Shown here: one piece after another, positions 27,770 to 38,907 of the stretch
How positions within the stretch are numbered: the stretch's first letter is position 1
Layout: the number at the start of each line of letters is the position of its first letter
From: Octopus sinensis
Taxonomy: Eukaryota
Assembly (NCBI RefSeq): GCF_006345805.1
Contig: NC_043010.1
Location: 62,806,001 to 62,870,000, forward strand
Length of the DNA: 64,000 bases
Direction: 5' to 3'
Translations under genes and position numbers: made by a program
The notes under the pieces: model-generated
Databases searched by the model: none
Told to the model about the DNA's origin: nothing
What the model saw: the letters and a program-made list of their open reading frames with translations, nothing else

Positions 27770-28155
27770 CACTGGGGCTGGTGCCATGTGAAAAGCATTG
27801 GGGGCTGGTGCCATGTAAAAAGCACTGGGGCTGGTGCCATGCAAAATGCATTGGGGCTGGTGTCACGTATAAAGCGTTGGGGCTGGTACCATGTAAAAAG
27901 CATTGGGGCTGGTCCCACATAAAAAGCAATGGGGCTGGTGCCACGTAAAATGCAATGGGGCTGGTGCCATTTAAAAAGCACTGGGGCTGGTGCCATGCAA
28001 AATGCATTGGGGCTGGTGCCACGTATAAAGCGTTGGGGCTGGTGCCATGTAAAATGCATTGGGGATAGTGCCATGTAAAAAGCATTAGGGCTGGTGCCAT
28101 GTAAAAAGCACTGGGCTGCGCCACGTATAAAGCATTGGGGCTGGTGCCATGTAAA
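27770..28155. repeat. ~26-bp minisatellite inside a family D SINE
   Basis: About 15 units of ggggctggtgccatgtaaaaagca(c/t)t with recurring variant types. Confidence 0.9.
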
Positions 28156-29424
28156 AAAGCACCCAGGACACTCTGTAAAGTGGTTGGCATTCGGAAGGGC
28201 ATCCGGCTGTAGAAGCAATGCCAAAACAGACAATGAAACCTGGTACAACTCTCCAGCTTCCTAGCTCTGGTCAAACCGTCCAACCCATGCCAGCATGGAA
28301 AAATGAGTGTTGAATGATGATGATGATGATGATGATGATGATAGATGGCCCTCAGCTGTACCTCTCTCTCTCCCTCTCTCTCGCTCTCCCCCTCTCCCCA
28401 CCTTCCTCTCTCATACACCCACACTAAGTTGTGGTGTGGCAGAAATGTACACGGAGATAAATAGCTTATGGGTCGTGGTGTGTGAATGAGCTCGTTAAGT
28501 AGTGCCAGGATTAACAGTCAGTTTAACGAGGATTTAGTAATCTACAGGTGGCTCTACGCAGAATCATTCCCCTCCCCCACCGTCTCAGTACTTCACTTTA
28601 GTCTTGTTATCGCAGTTGTTGTTGTTGTCGTTTAACCCCAGGTCAACTTTGATTAAGCAGACCTATGATGATTACTGGTGGATCATTGTGGCTATCCTGC
28701 ATAATTTTGTATTTCATCTCCCTCTATCTCGCCCTCTCTCACTCTCTTTCTCTGTCTGTCTGTCTCTCTCTCTCTCACTCTCTTTCTCTGTCTGTCTGTC
28801 TGTCTTTGTCCCTCTCTCTCTCTCTCTTTCTCTGTCTGTCTGTATCTCTTTCTCTGTCTGTCTGTCTTTGTCTCTCTCTCTCTCTCTTTCTTTGCCTGTC
28901 TGTCTGTCTGTCTGTCTCTCTCTCTTTCTTTGTCTGTTTGTCTGTCGCTGTCTCTCTCTCTCACTCTCTTTCTCTCCCTGGCCAGGTAATCTTCTACCTC
29001 CTCTACAGCAAAACACCTGTTTCTGCCTCTCAGTCTCACTATAACCTTTCATCATCTGACACAAGATCACATCCTCCTCCTTCCCCAATGCCCCCTCCCC
29101 CTCTCAAAGGATCTTCGTCCTGCAAGATACATGGTGACCCTTCCAGTGCTGGTGCCACATAAAAAGCATCCACTTTACACTTTAAAGTGGTGGGTGTCAG
29201 GAAGGGCATCCAGCTGTAAAAACCATGTGAGAACTGAACCCCTGCATGTGCTGGTGCCATGTAAAAAGCCCTCTGTCCACTCTGTGGGGTTGTTGGTGTC
29301 AGGAAGGGCATCCAGCTGTAAAAACCATGCCAAAAACAGACACAGAAGTCTGGTGCAGTCTTCTGCCTGGTCAGCTCCTCTCAAAGTGTCCATCCCATGC
29401 CAGCATCGAAAGCAGACATTAAAC

Positions 29425-29459
<35 letters not shown>

Positions 29460-29595
29460 CGATGACGACGACGACGACGACGACGATGATGATGATGATG
29501 ATGATGATGATGACGATGATGATGATGATGATAACAATGATGATGATGATGATGATGATGACGATGATGATGATGATGACGATGATGATGATGAC

Positions 29596-29627
<32 letters not shown>

Positions 29628-29725
29628 CGATGATGATGATGATGATGACGACGACAACGACGACGACGATGATGATGACGATGATGATGATGATGATGAC
29701 GATGACGACGATGACGATGATGATG
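29425..29725. repeat. (GAT/GAC)n microsatellite, about 100 triplets, expanded SINE tail
   Basis: Directly follows cagacattaaac at the SINE 3' end. Confidence 0.95.
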
Positions 29726-30473
29726 AAATATATCGGTTTCAAATTTCAGCACAAGGCCATAAATCTCGGGGGAGGGGGGTTAAGTTGGCTGCATCGACCC
29801 CCAGTACTCAACTGGTACTTATTTTACTGTCCTCAACAAAATTGATGAAAGGACAAAGTCAACCTCAGCAGAATTTGAACTCAGAACATAAAAAAGACAG
29901 ACGACCAGCTACCAAGCATTTTGCGCAGGCTTGCTAGCGATTCTTTCAGCTTACCCCCTTAATTCCATTAACCCTTTAACATCCAGATTACTCTGTTAAA
30001 TCCAATGCTTAATTATTCACATTGCTTTGAATTAATCATCCATTATCTGGTGGCTCTGAGATTTAGATGGAACGATTGTTTTATTTTTAGAATGACATTG
30101 TAGGTGTGAGATGCCAGGGCTGGTCAGTTTGACCATTAGAATGGGGAGAATATTTTGGCCAGATCTGGTCAGATTAAATGCTAAAGGATCAAATATGGCG
30201 TCTCGTGTTTCCTTTAAGTGAGAAACGTCTGATTTCGAAGGAACATGATGAAGATTGCCAGGCATCATCATCATCATCATCATTCTCATCGTTTAACATC
30301 CGTTTTCCCTGCTGGCATAGGTTGGACGGTTTGACTGAGGCCTGGAGAGCCACAAGGCTGCACCAGGCTCCAGTCTGATCTGGCAATGTTTCTAAAGCAG
30401 GATGCCCTTCCTAATGCCAACCACTCCAAGAGTGTTTTGGGTGCTTTTTACATGCCTGGCATTGATTGAGTTA

Positions 30474-31500
30474 GGATGGTGTATTTTACATGCCACCAGC
30501 ACAGGGGCCAGTCAGGGATTACTGGTAATGGCCACGTTCGGACAGTGCTTTTTACTTGCCACCAGCATGAGGGTCATTCAGGGGCTACTGGTATCAGCCA
30601 TGTTCGGATGGTGCCTTTTACATGCCACCAGCACAGGGGCCAGTCAGGGATTACTGGTAATGGCCACGTTCGGACAGTGCTTTTTACTTGCCACCAGCAT
30701 GAGGGTCATTCAGGGGCTACTGGTATCAGCCATGTTCGGATGGTGCCTTTTACATGCCACCAGCACAGGGGCCAGTCAGGGATTACTGGTAATGGCCACG
30801 TTCGGACAGCTTTTTACTTGCCACCACCACATGAGGGTCATTCAGGGGCTACTGGTATCAGCCATGTTCGGATGGTGCCTTTTACATGCCACAGCACACA
30901 GGGCCAGTCAGGGATTACTGGTAATGGCCACGTTCGGACAGTGCTTTTTACTTGCCACCAGCATGAGGTCATTCAGGGGCTACTGGTATCAGCCATGTTC
31001 GGATGGTGCCTTTTACATGCCACCAGCACAGGGGCCAGTCAGGGATTACTGGTAATGGCCACGTTCGGACAGTGCTTTTTACTTGCCACCAGCATGAGGG
31101 TCATTCAGGGGCTACTGGTATCAGCCATGTTCGGATGGTGCCTTTTACATGCCACCAGCACAGGGGCCAGTCAGGGATTACTGGTAATGGCCACGTTCGG
31201 ACAGTGCTTTTTACTTGCCACCAGCATGAGGGTCATTCAGGGGCTACTGGTATCAGCCATGTTCGGATGGTGCCTTTTACATGCCACCAGCACAGGGGCC
31301 AGTCAGGGATTACTGGTAATGGCCACGTTCGGACAGTGCTTTTTACTTGCCACCAGCATGAGGGTCATTCAGGGGCTACTGGTATCAGCCATGTTCGGAT
31401 GGTGCTTTTTACATGCCACCAGCATGAGGGCCAGTCAGGGGGTAATAGCATCGGCCACGTTTGGATGGTGCTTTTTACGTGCCACCAGCACGGGAGTCAG
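30474..31500. repeat. 132-bp higher-order repeat (2 x 66 bp), about 7.7 units, inside a family D SINE
   Basis: ggatggtg recurs at 30606, 30738, 30870, 31001, 31133, 31265 and 31397; units are nearly identical. Confidence 0.95.
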
Positions 31501-32231
31501 CCCCCTTTGGGGAATTTGGCTGCTATTTCTAGGAGGCTATGAGACTGCATAAAAGTTACCTTATTAGTAGTTTAGTTTTTGCATCCCCTTACAGTATGAT
31601 ATTCCAAGCTTCAACTCCCTTTTGCCCTTTGCTGTTGGGTTTAAAATATTTCGAAGGGCACAACTTATCACTCTACCCCCACCAACCACTGACTGAAACA
31701 AGGAAAGGGCAGATTAGGTGGTGTAGGACCTGGATACAATTTGAAAGGTGAGGTGGCCGTGGCTGTACTGTCTGGTCCTGGGATTAAATGACAACAAAAC
31801 CCAACATAACTGTATCGAGACAATTACCCCCTTAGAACAATTACTCCCCATTGGACAATTCCGTCCCCTCAACGACAACTACCCCCTAAGACAACTAGCC
31901 CCTCCCCAGTTAAATACCCCCCTCTCGAATGCATTAAGAAGTTGTCCTCGGGGAAAATCGTCCTTCGGGGTTGTATTGTCCATGGGGGGTAAATGTTGTG
32001 GACTCACCCTAACTCCCCACCACCATCATCACTACCACCGCCCTTCACTACCATCTCCCCACAACATCCTCTTCATTCACCACTTTGCCACTATGTGGTT
32101 GTTCAGCCTGCAAGAAATAGCAGCCAATCATCACACTTAACAGCTATTAATTATTTTGATGTTATTTATTATTTATCTAGTTGCATTGATATAGGTTAAT
32201 GCTCTCATAAATTAACAAATGAGGACACTTT

Positions 32232-32266
<35 letters not shown>

Positions 32267-32318
32267 TTACTTATTAACATATGTTTAGCTTCATAGTTTG
32301 AAAACTAAATTTTTTAAA

Positions 32319-32870
32319 TTAGTTAATTAGTTAATTTTTGGCTCAAAAAGCAAAAAGCAAGGCCATTTAGAGGGACATGGAGTTATGTACAGGGTGGTGT
32401 TCATGTAAAGAGTTCAGGCCACTTGAGGTCAAGGGAGACTTTGAACCGAGCGGTCGTTGGCATCTTCACCATCTCGTCTGGCAGCTTGTTCCACGGATCC
32501 GCAACCCGGACAGAGAAAGCCCCTCTTCTTCGATTGAGATGAAATCGTCGCAGATAGAGCTTTTCGGAGTGACCCCGCAGCCGACACTCTGGAGCAGGAG
32601 TGAAGAACAGCTCATTCGAGAGGTTACACTTTCCACTTATGATGTTGTGGGCAAGAATGAGATCACCACGGCAGCGGCATTTTTCTAGAGAATAACGGTC
32701 GAGCGTCTTCAGCTTTTCTTCATAAGACAAATTCTTGAGACCAAGAACCATGCGGGTAACCAGCTTCTGGACTCTTTCGAGATGTTGTATGTCTTTGAGG
32801 AGATAAGGAGAAAAGGCTTGAATCCCGTACTCCAATATGGGTCTCACCAGCGTGACATAGATTAACAACC
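32319..32870 (-). mobile_element. 5'-truncated CR1-clade LINE 3' end
   Basis: YVTLVRPILEYGIQAFSPYLLKDIQHLERVQK...RGDLILAH...RGH..KL...AFSVRVADPWNKLP, with a degenerate (taac)-like tail. Confidence 0.9.
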
Positions 32871-33151
32871 TTATAGTCAATATATTTCTAACAAATGTGA
32901 TTTTGTGAATTCATATCTACTAATTATGTAATAATGCTATCAACAAATGCACAATATACAAAGGAGTTTAGCCACAACTGCCAGATTATGGTTTGTGCTT
33001 GATGTAAATAGCAATTACTATATAGTCCTCTTTGTGGATAGGGAAATGGGTGAGTACTTTCCTTTTGATGAATGGCCAACAAATGGTGAAACACATCAGG
33101 ATGCCAGGATAGTATCTTTTACTTTTTGTGTACAAAGAGAATAACAGCCTA

Positions 33152-33281
33152 TATTTACATTTGACGGATATTTGTCCTCATCTTGTTTGTTGTTAACACG
33201 TTCGGCTGATATACCCTCCAGCCTTCATCAGGTGTCTTGGGGAAATTTCGAACATGGGTTCTCATTCCTGGGGTATTTTTC
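33152..33281 (-). mobile_element. Penelope-terminus-like fragment with degenerate minimal hammerhead
   Basis: Minus strand: gacac CUGAUGA a GGCUG gaggguauau CAGCC GAAc gtgtt, with small deletions in the GAAAC-GUU part. Confidence 0.7.
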
Positions 33282-33570
33282 GATATAGAACTGTATTTAC
33301 ATCTGTTTAGGCTTAAAAACTGTAATTTACTTACATAAAACTTTTCTATGGCTTCTAATACAGGTGCTGTGCCTTTATGTTAATTAAACGTGTGTGTGTG
33401 TGTGTTCAATTAATTGAGATAAATAGAGACTAAAGAGAAGTCTCTTTCTTTTACAATCTACAAGCTTGCGGCAAAATTGATCGAAGGACTGAAAAGGGAA
33501 ACCTTGGTATGTGGATAATCCCAGCTTGTCTCACAGAATTTAATCTATGTTCCAAACATTACTTTAGGAC

Positions 33571-33783
33571 ATTATTTACATTATTTACATTATTTACATT
33601 TGACGGATATTCATCCTCATCTTGTTTGTTGTCAACACAACATTTTGGCTGATATACCCTCCAGGTGTCTAAGGTGTCTAAGGTATTTGTGGTTGTTGTT
33701 ATTATTATTCAGGTCACTGCCTGGAATCGAACTTGGAATCTTGGGGTTAGTAGCCTGCGCTCTTAACCACTACGCCATATGCC
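33571..33783 (-). mobile_element. tRNA-headed SINE-like element with hammerhead-derived body (core deleted) and 9-bp repeat tail
   Basis: A-box TGGCGTAGTGG at 33777-33767 and B-box GTTCGATTCC at 33732-33723, then an (AAT)n linker, a body homologous to 33152-33281 and 46690-46830, and tail (attatttac)x3 on the plus strand. Confidence 0.75.
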
Positions 33784-34205
33784 TGTGGGCAATTATGGAG
33801 TGAATTTTAGGAGATTTCTGCTGGCCTTTTGGAAGTTGATAGCTAATGGGAGAGGAGATATCCCATATTGTTTACCCTCACAGCAGAAAGATGGCAGTAT
33901 TTCAGCAAAGGGAGATAACCCAGACTTTTTGAAAACACCTCCATATTTTGAAAAGGTCATAGGCCAACAGGGGTCTGATGATTCGCCATAAAGTGTGGAT
34001 GGGAAACTCAATGCAACCCCATAATCTGGCCATCACCAGGAAAAAAAAAATATGGAGTGAGTGTGTGGTAAGTAGCTTGCTTACCAACCACATGGTTCCG
34101 GGTTCAATCCTGGCACCTTGGGCAAGTGTCTTCTACTATAGCCTCCGGCAGACCAAAGCCTTGTGAGTGGATTTGGTAGATGGAAACTGAAAGAAGCCCA
34201 TTGTA

Positions 34206-34252
<47 letters not shown>

Positions 34253-34928
34253 ATATATATATACATACACATATATGTATGTCTGTGTATATGGTTGTGT
34301 GTCTGTGTTTGTCCCCCCAACATTGATTACAAATGCTGGTGTGTTTACGTCCCGTAACTTAGCGGTTCAGCAAAAGACACTGACAGAATAAGTACTAGGC
34401 TTACAAAGAATAAGTCCTGGGGTCAATTTGCTTGACTAAAGGTGGTGCTCCAGCATGGCCACAGTCAAATAGCTGAAACAAATAAAAGAATATATATGAC
34501 AGGCTTCTTTTAGTTTCCGTCTACCAAATCGACTCATAAGGCTTTGGTTGACCCAAGGGCAGAGTAGGAGACACTCATCTATGTTGCCATGCAGTGGAAC
34601 TGAACCCGGAACCATACGGTTGGGAAGTAAACTTCTTACCACACAGCCATGCCTGCACATACATATATATCTACATATACACACCCACACATATACATAC
34701 AGAGATTATGTTGCCAAGAAATGTGCTTTGCAGTCCAGTAGTTTTGCATTTAGTTATGCGGCACAACACTTGATGAAGCATCTTCTGTTGTAGCCCTGGG
34801 CAAACGGAAGCCATGTGAGTGAATTTGGTAGACTTAAACTGAGAAAGAACCTGTTGTATATTCATATCTAGCTGTATCCTCTCTCTCTCTCTCTCTCTCT
34901 CTAAATCTATTTATCTATCTACCTGTCC

Positions 34929-34991
<63 letters not shown>

Positions 34992-35084
34992 AATCTATCT
35001 TTCTGTCTGTCTATATATCTGTCTGTCTGTCTCCCTCTCTCTCTTTATGTCTCTCTATATCTATCTCTGTATACACACACACAC

Positions 35085-35120
<36 letters not shown>

Positions 35121-35264
35121 TACATATGTGTATATACATATATATATTTAAATGCTATGGTGTTTGATACCTAAACACACATCTATTTTCACACATTTGC
35201 ATAAAAATCAATAGACTCACCCACATTCATGCATATATATACATAACACAGACCACAACACACA

Positions 35265-35342
<78 letters not shown>

Positions 35343-35428
35343 GACTATATACGTATATAGTCATATATATATATATATATGTAAATATATGACTATATAT
35401 GTGTATATATATATGACTATATATGTAA

Positions 35429-35461
<33 letters not shown>

Positions 35462-35647
35462 TAATATATATATATATATATAACGTGACGTATTTTTGCC
35501 ATTTCAATATGGCTAACCCTAAGGGTGGATGCTACTGTAGTTTTTAGCCCCAGGAGGACACACTCCTCCAGCTGGCCATAGACACACTTTCTGTGTCCTG
35601 TCAGTATTTGCAAGGGAAGTCATCCTTCCCGTCTTCAACTTATGATA

Positions 35648-35692
35648 CACACGGACTCGAGTTTCGAGGTATTGACCTCTCGTCAGTGTGTG
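35648..35692 (-). ncRNA. Type I hammerhead ribozyme, copy 1
   Basis: Minus strand: CACACA-CUGACGA-GAGGU caau ACCUC-GAAAC-UCGA-GUC^CGUGUG. Full catalytic core; predicted cleavage between 35654 and 35653. Confidence 0.9.
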
Positions 35693-35997
35693 ACAATCAT
35701 AGTTGTCGCCGAGAATTAGATTTCCTTCACAAATACTATACTTTTTCCAGCGTCCACTGTCGCTGATATTGAAAAAGTGAAATCAAACAATGATAAATAT
35801 CAATGTGAGTTATATACAGTAGCGGTAACACAACGTGACGTATTTTTGCCATTTCAATATGGCTAACCCTAAGGGTGGATGCTACTGTAGTTTTTAGCCC
35901 CAGGAGGACACACTCCTCCAGCTGGCATAGAACACACTTTCTGTGTCCTGTCAGTATTTGCAAAGGGAAGTCATCCTTCCCGTCTTCAACTTTGATA

Positions 35998-36042
35998 CAC
36001 ATGGACTCGAGTTTCGAGGTATTGACCTCTCGTCAGCGTGTG
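35998..36042 (-). ncRNA. Type I hammerhead ribozyme, copy 2
   Basis: Minus strand: CACACG-CUGACGA-GAGGU caau ACCUC-GAAAC-UCGA-GUC^CAUGUG. Predicted cleavage between 36004 and 36003. Confidence 0.9.
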
Positions 36043-36201
36043 ACAATCATAGTTGTCGCCGAGAATTAGATTTCCTTCACAAATACTTATACTTTTTCAG
36101 CGTCCACTGTCGCTGATATTGAAAAAGTGAAATCAAACAATGATAAATATCAATGTGAGTTATATACAGTAGCGGTAAACACCACGTGACGTATTTTTGC
36201 C

Positions 36202-36243
<42 letters not shown>

Positions 36244-36335
36244 GACTATATATGTATATCTATATATATGTAAAATATGACTATATATGTATATATATAT
36301 ATGATATAATATATATACATATATATATGTATATA

Positions 36336-36397
<62 letters not shown>

Positions 36398-36859
36398 ATA
36401 TATTATATATATAATATATATATGTTATATATATGACTATATATGTCAACTAATCTAGAACGTTTAGCTTCCTCTCACACTGTTTGTATATCATCCATCA
36501 TAAAGTAGAAATGACATCAATCACCCTTAAATTAGAAAAAAAAACGGGAAAAAAACCCGAGACAAATCTCTCCCCCACCCCACCCACACCGTAACCACCA
36601 CGACCAACACGACCACCACCTTAGATGCCGATCATATCCTGCTATCTTTAAAAATTCTAGAACACACTGGGTTATTTCACAGCCTTAGTTTTACTGAAAC
36701 AAATGGTGAGGGAGGGTCATAACAGGATTGGCAGATCGGTTTCAAAATGCACTACATTTGTGTTAAACAGTGGCTTGAAATGAACATTTTTAGTCCTTCC
36801 ACACACACACACACACACACATGTCTATGTACATCTTTATATGTATATATGTATATATG

Positions 36860-36902
<43 letters not shown>

Positions 36903-36915
36903 ATATATATATATA

Positions 36916-37118
36916 GGGAAGGTTTACGAAAATAAACAAAAAGACGAAGGCAGGTGGAGTACAAACAAACAAATGTATTAGTATGGCGCTCAAGAATAGA
37001 AATAGAACAAGTCTTTTACGTTTCAAGCCTACGCTCGTCGACAGAAAGATACACAGAAAAGAAACAAGGAGAGAAAAAAAAATGCGTGTAGCAGCTAACG
37101 ATCTATCATGGCGTCCTG
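36916..37118 (-). mobile_element. Penelope-terminus-like fragment with variant hammerhead at 37012-37049
   Basis: Minus strand: ucuuu CUGUCGA c GAGC guag GCUU GAAAC GUA aaaga. Stem I is complementary; the core has A6 changed to U. Confidence 0.55.
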
Positions 37119-37152
37119 ATATATATATACATACATATATACATATATATAT

Positions 37153-37336
37153 TCGGCCTTTTGGCTAAGATCAAAGTGTAGTATCTGTTCTTATCAGCTT
37201 AATATCTGATACAGTCCCTATTTGGGACCATCGATATTAAACTGATTTTTAGAACGAGGCGAAGAGTTAGGGGCTTGCTTGCTCCGCCTTTGCCACGGGT
37301 TGGCCTGGTATAGCAGTACTTCCAGGATTCAGCCCA
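37153..37336 (+). pseudogene. U2: U2 snRNA retrocopy lacking about the first 8 nt
   Basis: tcggccttttggctaagatcaaagtgtagtatctgttcttatcagcttaatatctgatac... Branch-pairing GUAGUA is intact, Sm site atttttag is present, and the 3' stem-loop reads ggcctggtatagcagtacttccagg. The 5' flank is (TA)n rather than a promoter, and a retroposon tail follows. Confidence 0.92.
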
Positions 37337-37343
37337 TTGTTTT

Positions 37344-37406
37344 CCGTTCAACCCGTGCTAGCGCGGAAAACGGACGTTAAACGATGATGATGATGATGAT
37401 GATGAT
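37344..37406 (+). mobile_element. Retroposon 3' terminus (stem-loop plus (GAT)8) fused to U2
   Basis: ccgttcaacccgtgctagcgcggaaaacggacgttaaac(gat)8 aligns with the 3' ends of the abundant SINE in this window, e.g. ~46994-47044. Confidence 0.85.
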
Positions 37407-38907
37407 ATATATATATATTATATATATATATATATATGCATATACAGTGGGAGACACTCACCCAAGGTGCCATGCAATGGGACTGAATTTGGAAACATGT
37501 GGTTGTGAGGCAAGCTTCTTAGCAGACAACCATGGTCCCATTTCTCCGTATCATGGCTATCCCCCATATACACAGATTTTCACCACGGGCATACTCACAA
37601 GGGGATCAGAATATATATATATATATATATATACACATAAATACAGATATATCTCATCATCATCATCATCATCGTTTAGCGTCTGCTTTCCATGCTGGCA
37701 TGGGTTGGAGGGTGCAACTGGGGTCTGGGAAGCCAGAAGGCTGCACCAGGCCCAGTCTGATCTGGCAATGTTTCTATGGCTGGATCCCCTTCCTAATGCC
37801 AGATATATATATATATATTATCGTCAACGTTTAACATCCGCCTTCCATGCTGACATGAGTGGGGTGGTTTGACAAGAGTCGGCCAGGCAGAAACCTACAC
37901 CAGGCTTCTGTAACTGTTTTGGCAAGGTTTTTAACAGCTGGATGCCCTTCCAAATGCCAACCACTTTACAGTGTGTACTGGGTGCTTTTTAAGTGGCACC
38001 TGCACTGACAGGGTCACCAAGTACTTGCATCTTACATCCAGGTTTTCCAACCCATACCAGGACGGGAATCAAACATTGGACAAAGATGATGATGATGATG
38101 ATGATAATAAATCCAGACAATTTTTTGAAAAATGACTTTTATTAACCAAATTGTCATTTCCTATTGAAAGAACTGAACAGCTGTTTAGATGTAAACAAGA
38201 TTTTTCCTTCTTCCTCTCTTGTTTCTTTCTTTCTCTTTTCCATTGACACTCCTTTCAGATACACACGCATACACACACACGTACACACACACACACGCAT
38301 ACACACACGCACACATACACACACACACACACACACAAAACACAGTCTCTCTCACTGGACAATGATTTTGAAAAATAGATTTTATCAAAACAAGACTCCA
38401 CTTAGAGTAGCCACCTGGTTTTGCCATTTTTAAAGGCCAAGAAACTCATCACTTTCTATTAAAAGAATGTATAGATGTAAACACATTTTTTTCTTCTTTC
38501 TTTCCTTCTCTTTTCCATTGACACTCCTTTCAGGCACACACACGACACACACGCGTGCACACACACACACACATACACACAACAAAACACACACACTCTC
38601 ACTTTCCCCCCCACTCCTCACCCTCTTTTACTATCCTATATCTCTCTCCACCCCTACACACTCAATAATACTATAGAAAGAGACAAATCCCCTCAAAAAA
38701 CTCAAATCTGAAGAATCTACTAGAGTAGATGCAAGCGCTAATATATGATTTATAAAAACATGTGACATATTAATAAAAATCTGTAAATGTAAAACCATCC
38801 AGATTTCTGAGTACCTTATTTTTTAAAAATATATAATACCTGTACATCACCTCCAACCCTTCTAATGTATGTATGTGTGTATATATATATATATAATATA
38901 TATATAT

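Larger units (their letters stand above)
35482..36202 (-). mobile_element. Retrozyme-like tandem repeat: two 350-bp units plus 19 bp of a third, each full unit with a hammerhead ribozyme
   Basis: Units start at 35482 and 35832, with a partial third at 36184. Near-identical, non-coding, embedded in a TA-rich microsatellite. Confidence 0.85.

Noticed and set aside
29131-29937. Poly-Asp ORF of 268 aa
   Set aside because: SINE sequence plus its (GAT)n tail plus another SINE; no coding signature.
30476-31552. 358-aa ORF with 44-aa repeats; CRISPR-like look
   Set aside because: Arises from a 132-bp repeat divisible by 3 inside a SINE. The apparent spacers alternate between two sequences, and no cas genes are present.
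33711-33783. True tRNA gene (also 47049-47122 and other SINE heads)
   Set aside because: A/B boxes are present but the acceptor stem does not pair convincingly, and the head runs into repeat sequence.
37153-37336. Functional U2 gene, or target of a U2-specific element (Keno, Utopia)
   Set aside because: The 5' end is missing and there is no promoter-like flank. U2 is uninterrupted internally and fused only at its 3' end.
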